11,511 nt of DNA, from assembly GCA_029856105.1 (NCBI GenBank), contig JAHQWH010000004.1, positions 1 through 11,511 on the forward strand, in the 5' to 3' direction. Both the position numbers and the translations under genes were made by a program. The DNA comes from Promethearchaeia archaeon. Its GTDB lineage: Archaea > Asgardarchaeota > Lokiarchaeia > Sigyniarchaeales > SOKP01. The notes below the pieces were generated by a model. The model saw nothing but the letters and a program-made list of their open reading frames with translations, was not told the DNA's origin and searched no databases. Of this stretch, positions 7,971-11,511 are shown in pieces; the stretch's first letter is position 1, and each line of letters opens with the position of its first letter.

Positions 7971-7995
7971 TTATATAAAAAAGTTTTTTATATAA
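7971..7995. promoter_or_regulatory. Perfect 12-bp inverted repeat carrying TATA-like boxes on both strands in a divergent intergenic region
   Basis: TTATATAAAAAA-G-TTTTTTATATAA between the divergent starts at 7797 (-) and 8110 (+). Confidence 0.6.
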
Positions 7996-8109
7996 TAAAG
8001 AACAAGGAAACCATAGAGAAACCTTTAAAATACAAGAGCAATCTATTATAAATTAGCATTATTTACATATTAAAAATATATTATATAAAAAGAGAAAGAG
8101 GAAATAAAA

Positions 8110-9642
8110 TTGAAAACATTTGAAGATTATTTAGCCCGATTATATAAAATGAAGCCCAATATTTACATTGGTGAAGAATTAGTAGGTCGGGATGACCCTC
8201 GATTACAGGGTGGTCAAAATATCATAAAAGTTACCTATGACGCCGCTCACAGCGAGGAGTTTGAAGATTTGTGTGTAGTTACCTCTCATTTAACTGGAAA
8301 GAAGATTAACCGGTTTTGCCACATCCATCAGAGCGAAGATGATCTTTTAAAAAAGCAGTTGATGACGCGATTATTATGTCATCGAGTAGGGGGGTGCATT
8401 CAAAGGTGTATGGGTATTGATGCTTTAAACGCTCTTTCTGTAATTACATACGAGTTAGACCAAGCGCTTGGAACCGATCACTATGAAAGGTTTAAGAAGT
8501 ATTTAGAATATTTTCAAGAGAACGATTTAGTAGCAAGCTGTGCACAAACTGATCCTAAAGGAGATCGTTTGAAGAGACCTCACGAACAAGAAGACCCAGA
8601 TCAATATTTAAGGGTTATTGAAACGAGAGAAGATGGAATCGTTGTTAGAGGTGCTAAAATTAGCATTACAAACACACCATACGCAGATGAGATGATAATT
8701 GTTCCAGTTAGGTACATGGGCCCGGAAGATAAAGATTACGCAGTAGCATTTGCATTACCTACAGATTGGGATGGAGTTAAATTATTAACGAGACCTGCTA
8801 GCTTTAGAAAAAGTGAACGCATGGAATATCCTGCTGGGAATTTTGGAGACGCTGAGACTTTTATTATCTTTGATGATGTTTTTGTTCCCAACGATAGGGT
8901 TTTTTTAAATGGAAATGGAGATCCTAGGCAAACTGCATATGCTGGCTTTCTAGCACTTATGTTTGCTCACTATCACCGACATAGTTATACTGGTTGTAAG
9001 CCTGCCATATCAGAAGTTATAGCGAGTGCTGCAGCGTTAGTTGCAGAATATAACGGCATTGAAAAAACATCTCATGTTCAAGACAAACTTTCTCACCTTA
9101 TAGGTACTGCGGAACTCGTTTTTGCTGCCGGTGAATCTAGTGCAAAACACTCTGAAAAGGCTCCTTCGGGAACACAAGTTCCAGACGAGATTTTAACCAA
9201 TGCTGGAAGGAGACTTGCAGGAGAAATGATTTACGACGAATATAAAGTATTAGCAGACCTTTCTGGCGGTCTTATTGCAACACTACCTTACGAAGGATCG
9301 TTTTTCTCTGAAGATGTTGGCACACTTGCTATGAAATATATGAAGAGAAATCCAAGAGTTAAACCAGAAAACGTTTTACGTTGTTTTAGAGGCATTGAAG
9401 CTCTCGCGGTTTCAGAAATAGCCGGCCTTTTACAAGTAGCGGGCTTACATGGTGGAGGATCGCCGTCAATGGAAACTATAACTATGATGATGCGCTACGA
9501 TCTTGAGAAACTGAAAGATATTTCTAAGTACCTTTTTGGAATTAAGTCCAAATTGAAAAGATACGAAAGACCAACCGTTACTCCTAGAAAACAACTTGAG
9601 AAATACCGAAAAGCTATGAAAGGAAAAAAATTAGAGAAATAA
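8110..9642 (+). CDS. abfD: 4-hydroxybutyryl-CoA dehydratase-like [4Fe-4S]/FAD protein (AbfD/HpaB superfamily)
   Basis: CX3C (CIQRC, 8395-8409) and HX6C (HRHSYTGC, 8974-8997) cluster motifs, plus AQTDPKGDR, GIVVRGAK, FDDVFVP and HGGGSP. TTG start with GAGG at 8098-8101; the N-terminus KTFEDYLARL matches the family. The symbol denotes a homologue, and the exact activity is uncertain. Confidence 0.88.
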   Translation: MKTFEDYLARLYKMKPNIYIGEELVGRDDPRLQGGQNIIKVTYDAAHSEEFEDLCVVTSHLTGKKINRFCHIHQSEDDLLKKQLMTRLLCHRVGGCIQRCMGIDALNALSVITYELDQALGTDHYERFKKYLEYFQENDLVASCAQTDPKGDRLKRPHEQEDPDQYLRVIETREDGIVVRGAKISITNTPYADEMIIVPVRYMGPEDKDYAVAFALPTDWDGVKLLTRPASFRKSERMEYPAGNFGDAETFIIFDDVFVPNDRVFLNGNGDPRQTAYAGFLALMFAHYHRHSYTGCKPAISEVIASAAALVAEYNGIEKTSHVQDKLSHLIGTAELVFAAGESSAKHSEKAPSGTQVPDEILTNAGRRLAGEMIYDEYKVLADLSGGLIATLPYEGSFFSEDVGTLAMKYMKRNPRVKPENVLRCFRGIEALAVSEIAGLLQVAGLHGGGSPSMETITMMMRYDLEKLKDISKYLFGIKSKLKRYERPTVTPRKQLEKYRKAMKGKKLEK

Positions 9643-9660
9643 ATACTTGCTTTTAATTCA

Positions 9661-9669
9661 TTTTTTTTT
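9661..9669 (+). terminator. Putative oligo-T terminator downstream of the abfD-like gene
   Basis: T9 tract 18 nt after the stop codon. Confidence 0.4.
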
Positions 9670-9725
9670 ATTAAATTATTTTTAAAAATTATTAAGTTAT
9701 TAAGATAGTAGTTTACGCAGATATT

Positions 9726-10178
9726 ATGAAGGATATTAATGAGAACGATAAGGAAGTAATAGACAAACTACTTGGAATTGAGGATTTTAAACAAATTGAA
9801 GTTAGAGTCGACGATACTGATTTGATGCAGGTTGTCCATTCTAACAAATATCTAAATTATTTTGACGATGGCTTCATAAGTTTTGTACAGAAGCTTAATA
9901 AAGATTGTGGCGCGCTACACAAAGAAGGGATCGTTTTTCCAGTTAGAAAGGTTGAAATTGAATATTTAAGCTCGGCTACCTTCGGAGATAAAATTCTTAT
10001 TCACACTCGAGTTGTAAAAGTAGGAAACACCTCTATAACTCTTGCGATGGATTGCTATAAAAACAACAAATCAAAAGAAACGCTCCTCGTAAAAGGAATT
10101 ATTGTGAGGTTAATTATGGACATGAATAAAAATGAATTAATCAAAATAACTGATTTTTTTAGCGATACCAAAATTTAA
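9726..10178 (+). CDS. Acyl-CoA thioesterase, hotdog fold (YbgC/FadM/4HBT family)
   Basis: Motif VRVDDTDLMQVVHSNKYLNYFD, followed by EIEYLSSATFGD and KVGNTS. Confidence 0.92.
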   Translation: MKDINENDKEVIDKLLGIEDFKQIEVRVDDTDLMQVVHSNKYLNYFDDGFISFVQKLNKDCGALHKEGIVFPVRKVEIEYLSSATFGDKILIHTRVVKVGNTSITLAMDCYKNNKSKETLLVKGIIVRLIMDMNKNELIKITDFFSDTKI

Positions 10179-10244
10179 TAGTAAACTGAAACTCTAAATG
10201 GATGATTGTAATAATCAAATTTTTAAAAAAAATCGTAATAAAGC

Positions 10245-11123
10245 ATGTTTGACTTAATAAAAACATTCCAAGCTCACTCAAATTATGTATTAAGTCTCGC
10301 AATCACTCCAGATGGTTCAATGTTAATATCCACGGGCATGGATAACTTAGTGAAATATTGGAAACTACCATCATTTGAACTAGTTAAAACTTTAGAAGAA
10401 CATTCTAGAAGTGTGAATTCGATATCTTTCGCATCAGGGGGTTTAACCTTTGCCACTGGTTCCACTGATAAAACGGCAAAATTATGGGATTTTAACTCTG
10501 GGAATGTCCTGCATACATTAAAAGGGCATAAAAAAACAGTCATAGCTGCTGAGATATCACCAGACTCTAAGTTTATTGCTACAGGCTCATATGATGGAAA
10601 AATTAAGTTATGGGATGTAGCTAACGGAAGTGAGCTTTTAACCATTAATGCTTTTGAAAGAAATGTAACTTCAGTCAGGTTTTCACCAGACGGAAAGATT
10701 TTGGCAGGAGGAGGTCTTGGAGATTCTTTTCATCTCTGGAAGATGCCATCAGGGGAATTACTGAAAAGCGTAACCGAGCATAAAATCGTCGTTTCTGGAG
10801 TCCGCTATACTCCTAATGGAGATTTATTTACATCGATCGGTTCTGAATCATTGAAAATATGGAATCCTAAAAGTTGGGAGTTGTTGAGAACTGTTCAATT
10901 TGATACGAAGTACCCTCGTCCTCATGTAATTTCACCCGACTCGAAGATTATTGTAATAGGTTTTGATTACAAAATACAAATTTGGAATATCAGTGATGGT
11001 GAACTATTAGAAACAATTGAAGTAAGACCTAAAGGTGTAGATTCCTTATGTTTCTCACCAGATGGTAAATCACTGTTAATGGGAGCTGCGGATAAAAAAA
11101 TTAGAGTCTGGAAATTAATGTAA
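10245..11123 (+). CDS. Stand-alone WD40-repeat protein (about 7 blades)
   Basis: Seven ~42-aa repeats such as LKGHKKTVIAAEISPDSKFIATGSYDGKIKLWD. Confidence 0.95.
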   Translation: MFDLIKTFQAHSNYVLSLAITPDGSMLISTGMDNLVKYWKLPSFELVKTLEEHSRSVNSISFASGGLTFATGSTDKTAKLWDFNSGNVLHTLKGHKKTVIAAEISPDSKFIATGSYDGKIKLWDVANGSELLTINAFERNVTSVRFSPDGKILAGGGLGDSFHLWKMPSGELLKSVTEHKIVVSGVRYTPNGDLFTSIGSESLKIWNPKSWELLRTVQFDTKYPRPHVISPDSKIIVIGFDYKIQIWNISDGELLETIEVRPKGVDSLCFSPDGKSLLMGAADKKIRVWKLM

Positions 11124-11127
11124 CTAT

Positions 11128-11511
11128 TTATTCTTTCTTAACAAATTTTTCAAGTCTTTTTTTAAGTTCTTCAGACTGCCCAGTTGTAATCATTGCTATT
11201 GATTCGCGTGCTAAAACGGATTCAATACTTAAATCTTGGTTTTCATTTATAAACTTCTTTGTATACTGAAGAGCAAGGTGGCCTTTTGAAACTATCATGT
11301 TAGCAGTTTTTTTTAGAATACGATTTAGGCCTTCTGGTTTACAAACTTGATTTACTAAGCCAATATTAAGAGCCTCTTCAGCAGAGATCTCATTTCCAAG
11401 AAGCATAATCTGTTTTGCTCGAGTTTCCCCGACAATTCTAGGCAATAACTTTGTAGACGCGTTTGAAAAGAAAAGTCCAACTCCTACTTCTGGCAACATG
11501 ATTCGTGTATC
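11128..11511 (-). CDS. Enoyl-CoA hydratase/isomerase (crotonase) family protein, 5' end outside the window
   Basis: MLPEVGVG...LLPRIVGETRAKQIMLLGNEISAEEALNIGLVN. The frame stays open to the window edge (DTRI-MLPE), so the ATG at 11499 is internal. Confidence 0.92.
   Translation of the reverse strand, partial: DTRIMLPEVGVGLFFSNASTKLLPRIVGETRAKQIMLLGNEISAEEALNIGLVNQVCKPEGLNRILKKTANMIVSKGHLALQYTKKFINENQDLSIESVLARESIAMITTGQSEELKKRLEKFVKKE

Noticed and set aside
8110-9642. Annotation as 4-hydroxyphenylacetate 3-monooxygenase (HpaB) paired with the nitroreductase as flavin reductase
   Set aside because: The Cys/His [4Fe-4S] ligands of the AbfD branch are present, and the nitroreductase is unlinked and not HpaC-like.
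10283-10645. 120-aa minus-strand ORF
   Set aside because: Antisense shadow of the WD40 gene.
1-11511. CRISPR array, tRNA/rRNA, IS element, or selenocysteine/pyrrolysine read-through
   Set aside because: No regularly spaced repeats, GC-rich structured RNA or transposase/integrase motifs were seen, and the accepted genes end at TAA with complete-looking C-termini.

Overview
AT-rich, gene-dense window that looks archaeal. The protein families, a GGTGA Shine-Dalgarno, TATA-like boxes and oligo-T tracts fit best with Asgard archaea (Lokiarchaeia/Promethearchaeota); this is an inference from family resemblance, not a database result. There are ten credible CDSs: a membrane-anchored tandem winged-helix regulator with a predicted extracytoplasmic domain, a nitroreductase, an M24-family hydrolase with non-canonical metal ligands, a small 4-TM protein, a two-gene minus-strand unit (NosD-like beta-helix surface protein plus an 836-aa duplicated ABC-2-type permease fused to a degenerate CPBP/CAAX-protease domain), a 4-hydroxybutyryl-CoA dehydratase-like Fe-S flavoprotein, a hotdog acyl-CoA thioesterase, a stand-alone WD40 propeller, and a window-truncated enoyl-CoA hydratase. 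No rRNA, tRNA, CRISPR array or transposase was seen. The best candidates for undescribed biology are the beta-helix/permease-pseudoprotease module (with a T13 tract at the start of the surface protein gene), the membrane-tethered transcription factor, and two enzymes whose catalytic residues deviate from their families.
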